From a virus, in IMG/VR virus record IMGVR_UViG_3300010399_000005, positions 1 through 64,000 of that record: DNA of 64,000 nt. The stretch is one strand, 5' to 3'. Under the pieces are notes generated by a model, which saw nothing but the letters and a program-made list of their open reading frames with translations, made no database searches and was not told where the DNA came from. Position numbers and translations under genes: made by a program. Each line of letters starts with the position of its first letter. Positions within the stretch are counted from its first letter, which is position 1. Below are positions 46,639 to 55,791 of this stretch, piece after piece.

Positions 46639-47487
46639 TTACACCGCGACAGTGTAGGGTGGCCGGTAGCTCTTCACGGCCTCGACGAACCGATCGTGGT
46701 CGAAGACTGGGTGCCAGCCGTGAAGCAGGTCCCAGCCTTGACCGTGCGCGACGTCCTTCTCGGTGGACCGAGTGCGCTCACCCTTACGACGCGGTAGATG
46801 CTGGATGCGCGATCGCCCACCGGTGATCTGGATGATGTCACGTGCGACCGACAAGACGTCCTGCACGTAACCCGTCCCGGCGTCGAAGACCTGACCGTCA
46901 CCGAACTTCATCGCGGCGACCAGCACTCGAGCGACGTCATCGACGTGCACGAGATCAACGTGTAGTGAACCAGATCCCCAGATGGAGAGAGGTTCACCGA
47001 GCCAACCCGCCGTCGAGAACGAAGGGACGATCTTCTGAGGGTGATCTCCGCCGTACGCCTGACCTGGTCCGTACGCGTTGTAGGCTCGCACGTAGCTGAC
47101 CCTGAGGTCACCACTGTGTCGGTAAGCTTCGCTGGTGTCCATCGCACAAGCCTTCGTCGCGGCGTAGAGCGAGGGGTTCACCCGAGGCATCGTGATCTGC
47201 GTGAGACCCACGCCGTACTTCACACATGCGGTCGTGACGTGAAGACTACCCAGCACATTGACCTCGAACGCACGCTCCGCTTGATCCAGCAGTTCGTGTG
47301 TGCCGAGTAGACCAGCGAGGTGGATGACGTGATCGACATCGGCGACCGACTCGTAGACATCATCACGCACCGTGACGTCGAGTCCACCAGACCGATCGAA
47401 CGACAGCGGCTCGTGTCCCTCAACGCGAAGGCGTTCAGTGGTGGCACGACCGATCCAGCCACTGCCACCTGTGATGAGGACTTTCAC
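46639..47487 (-). CDS. NAD-dependent epimerase/dehydratase
   Basis: ITGGSGWIG, HLAG, YAATK and YNAYGPGQ motifs. Confidence 0.88.
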   Translation of the reverse strand: MKVLITGGSGWIGRATTERLRVEGHEPLSFDRSGGLDVTVRDDVYESVADVDHVIHLAGLLGTHELLDQAERAFEVNVLGSLHVTTACVKYGVGLTQITMPRVNPSLYAATKACAMDTSEAYRHSGDLRVSYVRAYNAYGPGQAYGGDHPQKIVPSFSTAGWLGEPLSIWGSGSLHVDLVHVDDVARVLVAAMKFGDGQVFDAGTGYVQDVLSVARDIIQITGGRSRIQHLPRRKGERTRSTEKDVAHGQGWDLLHGWHPVFDHDRFVEAVKSYRPPYTVAV

Positions 47488-48026
47488 ATCCAGACCTCCG
47501 TGAGTCCGTGGTTGTGTAGAAACACACCGTGAACCTTCTCACCCAGGAGCTCGTTCACGGCCATCCGCACTGGGTACGGAGGCTCAGTGCCGGGCACGTG
47601 ATGCTCGAACCTCTCGACGTTCGTGTCGTGAAAGATCATTACACCACCGGGACGCACCCGTGGTGCATACGCGATGATCTCACGCTTCGTCAACTCATAC
47701 CGATGATCGGTGTCGACAAGAACGCAGTCTACCTGAGTGGGCAGCTCTTCGAGTACGTGTGGATCGAGGTCATCACCCTGGATGAACGTCCACCGGTTCG
47801 GAGGGATACCGTTCCACAGTCGTGCGACGTCGACGGACCACAGGTGTCCATCAGTGTGCTCAAGTGCGTGAAGAAGTGCAACGGTCGACGTACCAAAGCG
47901 AACACCCAACTCGATGACTGACTTCGCCTTGAGCTCGATGACACGCTGCACCAGGTGCTCGAGATGTTCGTTGATGTCCGAGGGTGTGGCGAGCGCAGCT
48001 TGATAGAAGTCGTGATAAGTACTCAT
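47484..48026 (-). CDS. class I SAM-dependent methyltransferase
   Basis: IELGVRFGTS, WSVD, VDTDHRY and PGGVMIFHD motifs. Confidence 0.85.
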   Translation of the reverse strand: MSTYHDFYQAALATPSDINEHLEHLVQRVIELKAKSVIELGVRFGTSTVALLHALEHTDGHLWSVDVARLWNGIPPNRWTFIQGDDLDPHVLEELPTQVDCVLVDTDHRYELTKREIIAYAPRVRPGGVMIFHDTNVERFEHHVPGTEPPYPVRMAVNELLGEKVHGVFLHNHGLTEVWM

Positions 48027-48194
48027 TCGACCTGTGGCATCACGAGTGCCCGCACCTTGTTACGAACGACGATCTCGATTCGCCGTTCACTACCGTCGGA
48101 TGCCGTGTCGCAGATGATGATCTCAGACTCGGCGATCTTACCATCAGACACCGCCTCTACCAGAGAGTAGAGAGCGATCATAGGATCCGTCACG

Positions 48195-48389
48195 TCACGC
48201 CGTCGTCGTGGTCATAGTGCCGTTGACGTTCTCACGGTGGATCGCGGCGAGTCCGTAGTCGGAGAACTCCTTCACATTCCCCTCGGGGTCCGTGATGATG
48301 TACTTCGGCTTCAGTGCACCGGCGGCCACCGCTGCAGCCTGCTGCTGCGTCACCACCTGTCGAGCTTGACCACAGGTACCACAAGCCAT
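48195..48389 (-). CDS. small MACGTCG-type protein
   Basis: AAGGAG SD; MACGTCG N-terminus of the kind often found after phage head proteases. Confidence 0.55.
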   Translation of the reverse strand: MACGTCGQARQVVTQQQAAAVAAGALKPKYIITDPEGNVKEFSDYGLAAIHRENVNGTMTTTTA

Positions 48390-48435
48390 CGCATTCTCCT
48401 TCGGCTCGAGCGTCGTACGACGATCGTACCAGGTC

Positions 48436-50619
48436 TTACTCCTCCGGCGGAAGAACCGTAGCGTTCTGATCCATGTTCCATGGATGATGCACAGTCTCAT
48501 TCACAAAGTTCTTATAACCCTTCACTTCGAAGGGAACAGTACTCGTGTAGACGGTGCCCATATCAGTCTTCTTATCATAAGTACCGAGGTTCGCTTCACC
48601 GTCACCCGTGTCAACATGCGTCTTACCGTTGCTCTCACGCGTCTTAAGACTAATGCCACGATCTTTCCCAACACTCTCAATGGCAGCACCATGCGACTTA
48701 CCATCCTTAACGAGGTCAGCCGCATTCTTACTCGCTGACAACCTACCATCAGGATGCGCCTTATCGTAATCACCGCGCTTCTTGAAGATCATCATTTGAG
48801 CACTCTCAGAACCGTGACCCTGATGTCCACCGGGTGGACCCTGGATACCACGCTTCTTAGTGCCTGCGCCACCACCGTCACCACCACCGCCGCCACCACC
48901 GCCAGTGGACTTCGCTCCACCAGACTTAGCTCTTGCAGAGGAACCGCCTCTACCCTTTGTGTACTGGTTATTACCGTTACCGATAAACGTCTCGGCTGCA
49001 ACACTCGCCTCAACTCGGCGGATCACCAGGGTGCCCGGGGGATAGGGCTGGGTAGACGCTTCAACGCGCTCCTCGGTGGCGACGCCAGCGGCAACCAGCG
49101 CGGTCCAGGGGCCCTCTTCGGTGGAGGCCGCAACGCGCATCCTCGGGATCGGGAATCCCGGCACGTTCACCCCCAGCACAGCGACGAGACGAAGCTTCCC
49201 GGCGATGACTCGCCAGTCACCCGACAGCGACGCGCCTCGCAGTTCACGAAGCCGCTCTTCATCGACGTTCGGCCGGACCGCACCCGCGACCCAGATGCCG
49301 TGTGCGTCCTCACCAACGTTGATGTCACACGCGGCCAGACCGGTGTTGTCGTAGTGAGCGGCGGCCGGCACGGCGCCCAGTGTGGTTGAGGCGTGACCAG
49401 TACCGAACGTGATCGTGCCAACCGCGACGCTCTCATCCTCCCTGGTGCGAAGCTCGTGACGAAGGAAGTAAGCGTGATCACGTTCCTTCGGTGGTGTGAT
49501 GCAGCGATTGGGAAAGGTCGTGTGGCACGTTCCCCAGAGAGCGAGGTGCCCGAACACCTGACCGTCATCGGTGATGGTGAACGGTGTTGCTTGTGGGAGC
49601 TTCGGGTCGGTGAACCAGTCGCTAGGTGGGTAGACCGGAACTCCCGCCGAGGTCAACGCATCACGGTCCTGCACGATGTTCTCCGGGTCGCTCTCGTACG
49701 GTTCGGTCCCATCATCGATGAGAGCGAGTGGATCACCTGCCGCCGCCAGTGGCACCGACAGCGCCTCATCTTCATCGATGAGTTGCAGTCGTCCCTCCAC
49801 CAGTGCGGGAAGTCGACACATCGTCACACCACGAATGCGACCACCGTGAAACACCCTCTTCTCAGGTGCACCGAGAATGAACTTTGGAACAGTGCCGTCG
49901 CCGACATCGGTGGGAGCGTCATCCAGGGTCTCATCGGGAAAGACGAGCTCGACCTTCTGCACCGAGTCGATGTCGGCCGACAAGCCACCAGCGTAGCCAC
50001 CCTTCGTCAGGCGGACCACCTCACGGCCGTTGTCCGAACCGAGGTCGAGGACTCCCCACGCGTGGATGTCCGCTGTGCCATCGTCCTTGTGAACTCGCTC
50101 GATGTGGTTCACACGACCAACCGTCACAGCCTCCTCGTGCTGTGGGAGATCCTTCGGCTGCCAGCTCAGGAGGATCAAGCTGGTCGTAGGATCCTCCCAC
50201 GTCAGGGAGTCGACGGCGAACTCACGACCATCCCCGGTCTCACTGCCCTCGGTGAGGATGATCCCGTGCCAGGGCTTGATGGGTAGGAGTTCATCGGTAT
50301 CCGCGGTCTCGATGGCGTACGTCTGCCACTTAGGTACGCACTTACCCTTCACCATCTTGTGGTCTGAAGAGCACGGCTGGTTCTCCTTCAGCCGCTTATC
50401 CGGCGACGTCCCAGGGGAGGGATCACCACCGAGCTTCTCGACGATGCCCACGCCTAGGGAGAGGAGCGACTCGGCCTGTGCATAGAGCGCCGCGACCTGT
50501 CGATCAGCTGCCTCCTCGGTGGGATGACACCCAGCGACTTCATCGTCGGCGTCCCTCACCACCGCCCAGGGTCGCGAGGAAGGACAGTCTTCACGGTTCT
50601 GCTCGACGTGCCAGGGCAC
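48436..50619 (-). CDS. capsid maturation protease-like protein with extra N- and C-terminal domains
   Basis: ETGDGREF, VGRV, GLSAD, GHLALWGTCH, GIWVAG, SGDWR and VNVPGFP motifs; C-terminal Lys/Gly-rich extension. Confidence 0.75.
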   Translation of the reverse strand: MPWHVEQNREDCPSSRPWAVVRDADDEVAGCHPTEEAADRQVAALYAQAESLLSLGVGIVEKLGGDPSPGTSPDKRLKENQPCSSDHKMVKGKCVPKWQTYAIETADTDELLPIKPWHGIILTEGSETGDGREFAVDSLTWEDPTTSLILLSWQPKDLPQHEEAVTVGRVNHIERVHKDDGTADIHAWGVLDLGSDNGREVVRLTKGGYAGGLSADIDSVQKVELVFPDETLDDAPTDVGDGTVPKFILGAPEKRVFHGGRIRGVTMCRLPALVEGRLQLIDEDEALSVPLAAAGDPLALIDDGTEPYESDPENIVQDRDALTSAGVPVYPPSDWFTDPKLPQATPFTITDDGQVFGHLALWGTCHTTFPNRCITPPKERDHAYFLRHELRTREDESVAVGTITFGTGHASTTLGAVPAAAHYDNTGLAACDINVGEDAHGIWVAGAVRPNVDEERLRELRGASLSGDWRVIAGKLRLVAVLGVNVPGFPIPRMRVAASTEEGPWTALVAAGVATEERVEASTQPYPPGTLVIRRVEASVAAETFIGNGNNQYTKGRGGSSARAKSGGAKSTGGGGGGGGDGGGAGTKKRGIQGPPGGHQGHGSESAQMMIFKKRGDYDKAHPDGRLSASKNAADLVKDGKSHGAAIESVGKDRGISLKTRESNGKTHVDTGDGEANLGTYDKKTDMGTVYTSTVPFEVKGYKNFVNETVHHPWNMDQNATVLPPEE

Positions 50620-50673
50620 TGGATACCTCCACGGTCGGTGGTAGCACTATATACCACCTAGGAGAGGTCTCGA

Positions 50674-50814
50674 CTAGTGCTCCTCGTCGTCCTCCGCCTC
50701 GGCGGCGAGACGGTCGATCTCATCATCGAGTTCCTTGCGTCGCTTATCTTCCTCCTCCGGCGTCCCACTCACACGGAAGTCGAAGTCACTGATGCGTTCC
50801 TCAGCTGAAGCCAT
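50674..50814 (-). CDS. small acidic protein (46 aa)
   Basis: MASAEERISDFDFRVSG...; directly follows the MuF-ART gene. Confidence 0.45.
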   Translation of the reverse strand: MASAEERISDFDFRVSGTPEEEDKRRKELDDEIDRLAAEAEDDEEH

Positions 50815-50834
50815 GCTTCCATTCTATCGTCAGT

Positions 50835-52979
50835 TCACAGCATATCGAACTCGTGAACACCGTTCTCATTACGACCTATGAACTTCAACTGGGTACCACG
50901 TGGGAAGATCAACTCCTTCTCACTCTCGGTACCGGCGATCATCTTCTTCCCCTTCGGGACGTTGATGTGCATCAACACACCACCCGTTCCGCCGTAGTCG
51001 AGTCCCGCAAAGTTCTTAGCAGTGTATGTGCTCGTCGTGGTCGACATGAAGCCATCTTCAGTGATCGTCGTACCAGGCTTGAGTGCCCTAAGCTTGTTCC
51101 CAAGACCACTCTTCACACCGCGTTGCACCATCATCGGAGCGCTGTTCGTCGTACCGATCACGTCGAACGACTTATCGAGACCCTTCACATGCAACGCGTA
51201 ACCCGAGCTTAGACTACGCTCTCGCAGCCCGGTGTTGATGGGATGGTAGCCACTACCTGTGTAAGATGAGTGAGCTTGAACGATGTGGTTCTCTTCATCA
51301 GTTCGACGCTCATAGGGCTTCTTCTTAATGATGTCCCGGTTCTTCGCGACACGGTCACGTACGATGTCGGCGTTCTTCTGCCGTGCTGTCTTTGAGAGCT
51401 TGCTACCGGTAGACGTAGTCTTTCCAACTTCGCCACCACTCGCCTTGTTGATTCGCTTCGACGCTTTAACCTTGACGTAGTACGCCTTCTTGGTGTACTC
51501 CGTCGAGCTGATCTCGCCACTCTTAAGCTTGGCGTTGAGGTCGGAGTACTCCTTCGTCTCGGCCTCGTTGAACTGATGAGGTCCAACCTCACTCGGCTTA
51601 AGAAGCTTCTTCTTACGCTCCACTGAAGCCCAAGGAGCAGTACCGCTTCCGGTCTTCTTAAGTACATCCTTATGATATGTGACCGGTCCGTACTTCGTCT
51701 CGACGACGAGGTAGTCACCGTCTTCACGGATAACCTTACCCTTACTACCGGCGGCCGAGGTGACCTCATCACCCACCTTGATCTTCCCGGTGTCCCCACC
51801 GACTGAAGACTTCGGTTCCTTTACCTCTGAGGTCTTCTTAGTCGTACCGCCCGCCTTCGCACCGTTCGCTTTGTTGATGCGCTTGGCGGCCTTCACCTTG
51901 ACGTAGTAGGACTTATACTTGAACTCTTTCTCAGAGATGGCGCCACTCGCGTACTGTTGAGCGATGTCATTGAACTCATTGAACTCTTCGTCATTGAAGT
52001 GCTGCCCACCGATCGCACTCGGCTTGATCGGCTTCTTACCCTCACCTCCGCTTGCCTCACTTCCACCAGAGGATCCACCTCCTCCCTTAGGTGCGAAACG
52101 TCCGTGGTTGTCACGAACGTAACGGTCCCCACCCTTGACGAACGTCTCGACAGCAGCACTCGATCTAAGTGATATGTCTTCATACTCCCAGGTCACCGTG
52201 CAGCGACAGTTCACACGGTTGGCGGCCGACGCATCGGGATCACCGGGGTAGCTGAGCTTCTCACCACCCACTCGAAAGTCGCCGAAGAAGTCCACGACCT
52301 GACCGTCGGCAGCACGGTGAGAGACCCTCGTGCGTGAGTCATGCGTTGAGAGCCAGACCTTGCGCTGTGGTGCGTTGGGTCCTAAGAGCAGGAGCTGCTG
52401 GTAGGCTCCGGCGTTGGACGCCCCGATGACCTCGGTCCGTGCGATGGTCCGAGCACGAGTGTCCGTCGTGCCCAGGACCTCCTTGACGCGCAACGAGAGC
52501 TGTGGAATCGACTCACCCAGCTGCATACCCTGGATCAGCTCATCCCGAGTCTTCTTCCACATGTCATCGCCGACGCCGACGAGTTGGTTCTCGACCTGCG
52601 TGAGGAAGTGCTGAGCTTGAGGATGTGAAAGGTCGAAGAGCACTGGAGCCTGGACCGAGATCTCGTGTAGGACACGGTCCGCTGAGAGACGCATCACATC
52701 TTCCAGCTCGGGTATGATCGTCTTCTTCACCTCGGCTCGCCACGCTCTCTCAATGAGCACGAGTTGATCCAGTGAGAGAGTCGTGGGAAGGATCGGTGAG
52801 ATGGGCGTCGAAGGTGGAGTGTAGGGCGGAGGAGGTCCCGACTCAGGTGCAGCGTCGGCAGCGGTAAGTGTAGTAAGCTCCTTGATCTTCCGCTCAATCT
52901 CAGCGAGCCGACGATCCTCGACCTCACGTGAATCGGCGACACGAAACGCTTCATCAATGAAGCGTGTGGGTACACTCAC
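50835..52979 (-). CDS. MuF-like minor head protein with C-terminal ADP-ribosyltransferase domain
   Basis: RARTIARTE, KVWLSTHDSRTRVSH, YPGDP, NCRC (MuF); YTGSGY..IN..LR, VQRG, FMSTT and ESEKELIFPRG (R-S-E ART). Confidence 0.88.
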   Translation of the reverse strand: MSVPTRFIDEAFRVADSREVEDRRLAEIERKIKELTTLTAADAAPESGPPPPYTPPSTPISPILPTTLSLDQLVLIERAWRAEVKKTIIPELEDVMRLSADRVLHEISVQAPVLFDLSHPQAQHFLTQVENQLVGVGDDMWKKTRDELIQGMQLGESIPQLSLRVKEVLGTTDTRARTIARTEVIGASNAGAYQQLLLLGPNAPQRKVWLSTHDSRTRVSHRAADGQVVDFFGDFRVGGEKLSYPGDPDASAANRVNCRCTVTWEYEDISLRSSAAVETFVKGGDRYVRDNHGRFAPKGGGGSSGGSEASGGEGKKPIKPSAIGGQHFNDEEFNEFNDIAQQYASGAISEKEFKYKSYYVKVKAAKRINKANGAKAGGTTKKTSEVKEPKSSVGGDTGKIKVGDEVTSAAGSKGKVIREDGDYLVVETKYGPVTYHKDVLKKTGSGTAPWASVERKKKLLKPSEVGPHQFNEAETKEYSDLNAKLKSGEISSTEYTKKAYYVKVKASKRINKASGGEVGKTTSTGSKLSKTARQKNADIVRDRVAKNRDIIKKKPYERRTDEENHIVQAHSSYTGSGYHPINTGLRERSLSSGYALHVKGLDKSFDVIGTTNSAPMMVQRGVKSGLGNKLRALKPGTTITEDGFMSTTTSTYTAKNFAGLDYGGTGGVLMHINVPKGKKMIAGTESEKELIFPRGTQLKFIGRNENGVHEFDML

Positions 52980-53662
52980 GTGATCACCTCAGCATCGAAG
53001 ACCTCAGCACCGAGCGCTGTCTCGGTCGATCTTCCCGTGATCTTATAGCGAGTGCCGCGGTTGAGGATGAGCTCTCCTTGTTGCTCCATACCACCAACGA
53101 CAGGTGTCCCCGCTGGCACCTTGATCTTAAGCCTCACATTACCGAACTCGAAGCCGTTCGCCGACGTCGACATGTACCCATCTTCTACGAGCTCGGTCCC
53201 GGTGCTCGTGTTGAGTCCCGAGTGTCGTTGAAGACTACGTGTAACGGTGACGTCACTGGTGGATCGCACGCTCGAGTGACTGAACACTTGATCCATACCC
53301 TTGATGGCCTCGGCCGAGTTCGCATCCATCTCACGTAAACCACGAAGAGAGCGATTCATCCCCTCGTAACCACCACCCATGTACTGCAGTCGAGCCATCT
53401 TACCCTCGGGCGTCGCCGTCTCATTGAAGTGTGCCTGTGCTTCAGCGTGTAGGTCTTCCGCACTCGACGCATCGACGCTCTTTACACTACCGTGACCGTG
53501 AGTACGCTGGTCGTGATGAGCACCTAGGTGAAGAGTCTCGATGCTCGCAGTCAGAGCCTCAGTCGTACCAGCCTTGATAGCACGTCGTAGCGCTCGAGCG
53601 ACGAGTGCGTCGAAGTGCTCGACAAGTAGATCAAGCTCTTCCTCGCTAAGAACAATCGGCAC
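52976..53662 (-). CDS. ADP-ribosyltransferase (VIP2-like) domain protein
   Basis: YMGGGYEGMNRSLR, VTRS, YMSTS and QQGELILNRG motifs. Confidence 0.8.
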   Translation of the reverse strand: MPIVLSEEELDLLVEHFDALVARALRRAIKAGTTEALTASIETLHLGAHHDQRTHGHGSVKSVDASSAEDLHAEAQAHFNETATPEGKMARLQYMGGGYEGMNRSLRGLREMDANSAEAIKGMDQVFSHSSVRSTSDVTVTRSLQRHSGLNTSTGTELVEDGYMSTSANGFEFGNVRLKIKVPAGTPVVGGMEQQGELILNRGTRYKITGRSTETALGAEVFDAEVIT

Positions 53663-55460
53663 AGTCCACCGTGCCTCTTACGAGCCGTTCCAGGGTCCCA
53701 CGGTCGTACTCCACCCCTTCATTCAACATCGTCCGACAGTAGCTCCCAAGCTCACGCACGGTCAGCACTGGGTCCAGGCCGATGTCACCTAGCGTCGCGA
53801 GTGCAAGACGAAAGACTCCCTCAAGTGGGTCGACCTTAGCCGAACCCTTCATACGGTTCCTCGCCACCTCAAGAGCTCGCTTCACATGTCCCTCAAGCAC
53901 GAGCACACGTGCACGGTCGATCGTCAGCTGCTCGGGAGGTTCATCATCAACAGACGTCGGCTTCGGCGGTGGACCCTCACCGGTATCATCGGTAGGAGGA
54001 GGCTCAGGTGCACCCTCACCCGACACACTCGGACTGGTGACTGTGATCGGCGTCGGTGTGACCTCGGGAAGCGTGATACCCAGGCCCTTGAGTGCGGCGG
54101 CCGCGAGTGTGGAGTCACTGACGAGCTTACGAAACGCCCAGGCCGCGAGCTCTTCATCGTCAGGAGCGTCGGACTCGGCGAACCCGAGAACACGCCGAGT
54201 CGAGTCGCCGCCTAGCTCACCTCGATCATAGAGGTCGAGAGCGGGCTTCGACTGGTCGGGCTTCGCTGACATCGCACTGGTGTCGGCCCAGAGAACGATG
54301 TCCTCGGTATCTTCACCCTGTGCCTTGAGCACCGGTGTGAGGTAGTTGCGCGTGAGATCGCCAGTGATGAGCTCGAGCAGTGGTTCGGCGTGGACGTTGA
54401 TCGCGTCCTCACTGATCTGCCACGCGTTCCAGTGCGTGAGGTCGCCCATGCCCATGATGACCTCGGGTGGCACATCCAGCGCCGTGGCCACGCGCTTCTG
54501 CGCCGATTCTCGCATCTCCAGGATACGATCGGACAGCTCCGTCGACCAGTTCACCAGCTTGAACTTGTCGACGTGCTCAGCGGGCACCTCAACGGGTATC
54601 GGAACGATCTGTGCCGCAGTTCCTGGCTGTCGAACGGCCGTCATCATGACGTTCAGCACTTCGGTGATGAAGGGGTGCTGTCCCTGTGTCTCAGTCGGAG
54701 CGGTCGGAAACCGAGCCTCTGTGGGGAACACGAGTAGACCTGCACCGGCGAGCCTCGACACAAGGGTGGCGTCGATGTACTGGTTGATGCGGCGTAGCTC
54801 GCGGAGCGCACCGATGGCCGCGTGTGTCGGGCTGTCAGGCTTCCAGAACCAGCGCTGGTGGGGTCGCCAGAACTTGACGACCATCGTGTCCTCAGGTGGA
54901 AGAGTCTTCCACGCACCCTCATCATACTGAAGCTCATAGACCGGGGGTGAGTTCGGAGTGGCTGGGTTCTTAAGACGTAGGACGTCTTGGCTTACGACTC
55001 GCCACTGGTCGTCGGCGTTGTCGGTGTCGGGCGTGATGTCAGCCAGGCCGCTTGAACCGAGTAGGTACCCGACGCCCGGGACGGACAGCTGCACCACGAA
55101 TGAGCGCAGTAGTTGTGACTGTCCCTCGACTCCACCAGCGAGCGCTTCGACGGCGTCGACCGCCGGGCCGCTCTCCAGAGGCTCAGGCTCCGTGTCACCA
55201 CTGACAACCTTTGCAGCGCGAAGCCTCGCCTTGCTGATGAGGTTTGAGAGCCAAGTGACACCGAACTTCAACCCCTCTCCGTCGGGTCCGTCATAGAAGT
55301 CCCAAGCTTCACTCTGCCAGTTGTCACGGCTGCGAGCTGGGTCGTCCATCCGAGTGCCGGGCAAGACTCGTGACGCCGCGACGAGTGCACCCGAGTGCAT
55401 CACAACGTTCGAGTCGTCGGGTCCAGGAAGTACCACCACTTGTGCTTCAGAGCGGTCCAC
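53646..55460 (-). CDS. portal protein
   Basis: WQSEAWDFY, WRPH, SRLAGAG, LDVPPE and HWNAW motifs; follows terminase. Confidence 0.85.
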   Translation of the reverse strand: MDRSEAQVVVLPGPDDSNVVMHSGALVAASRVLPGTRMDDPARSRDNWQSEAWDFYDGPDGEGLKFGVTWLSNLISKARLRAAKVVSGDTEPEPLESGPAVDAVEALAGGVEGQSQLLRSFVVQLSVPGVGYLLGSSGLADITPDTDNADDQWRVVSQDVLRLKNPATPNSPPVYELQYDEGAWKTLPPEDTMVVKFWRPHQRWFWKPDSPTHAAIGALRELRRINQYIDATLVSRLAGAGLLVFPTEARFPTAPTETQGQHPFITEVLNVMMTAVRQPGTAAQIVPIPVEVPAEHVDKFKLVNWSTELSDRILEMRESAQKRVATALDVPPEVIMGMGDLTHWNAWQISEDAINVHAEPLLELITGDLTRNYLTPVLKAQGEDTEDIVLWADTSAMSAKPDQSKPALDLYDRGELGGDSTRRVLGFAESDAPDDEELAAWAFRKLVSDSTLAAAALKGLGITLPEVTPTPITVTSPSVSGEGAPEPPPTDDTGEGPPPKPTSVDDEPPEQLTIDRARVLVLEGHVKRALEVARNRMKGSAKVDPLEGVFRLALATLGDIGLDPVLTVRELGSYCRTMLNEGVEYDRGTLERLVRGTVDCADCS

Positions 55461-55791
55461 GTGTCTTGTCCTCGAAGTCCTTCTGGAGATTCGTCTTAAT
55501 CCAGAACACCAGGTTGACGAGCTCCCCTGTGAGTCCAGCCACAAGAGCGGCCGCTGGCACGAGCAGTACCGGTACTGAGAGACGAACGTCTAGAAGTCGA
55601 GCACCGATCACGCTGACTAGTGAGACCCAGAAGCCGGTACACCACCAGCACGTCAGGAGGTACATCATCGAGCCACCGTCTCTCGCCCAGTGCATCAGAC
55701 GACTACGCGTCCAGTCGATGGGTGGAAACTCAGATGCGACGACGAGGTAAGTGAGGTACGTGACCGCCAGTACGACGAGTAGCTCATTCAC
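55447..55791 (-). CDS. membrane protein (DUF1360-like)
   Basis: LLTCWWCTGFWV motif; hydrophobic. Confidence 0.65.
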   Translation of the reverse strand: MNELLVVLAVTYLTYLVVASEFPPIDWTRSRLMHWARDGGSMMYLLTCWWCTGFWVSLVSVIGARLLDVRLSVPVLLVPAAALVAGLTGELVNLVFWIKTNLQKDFEDKTRGPL

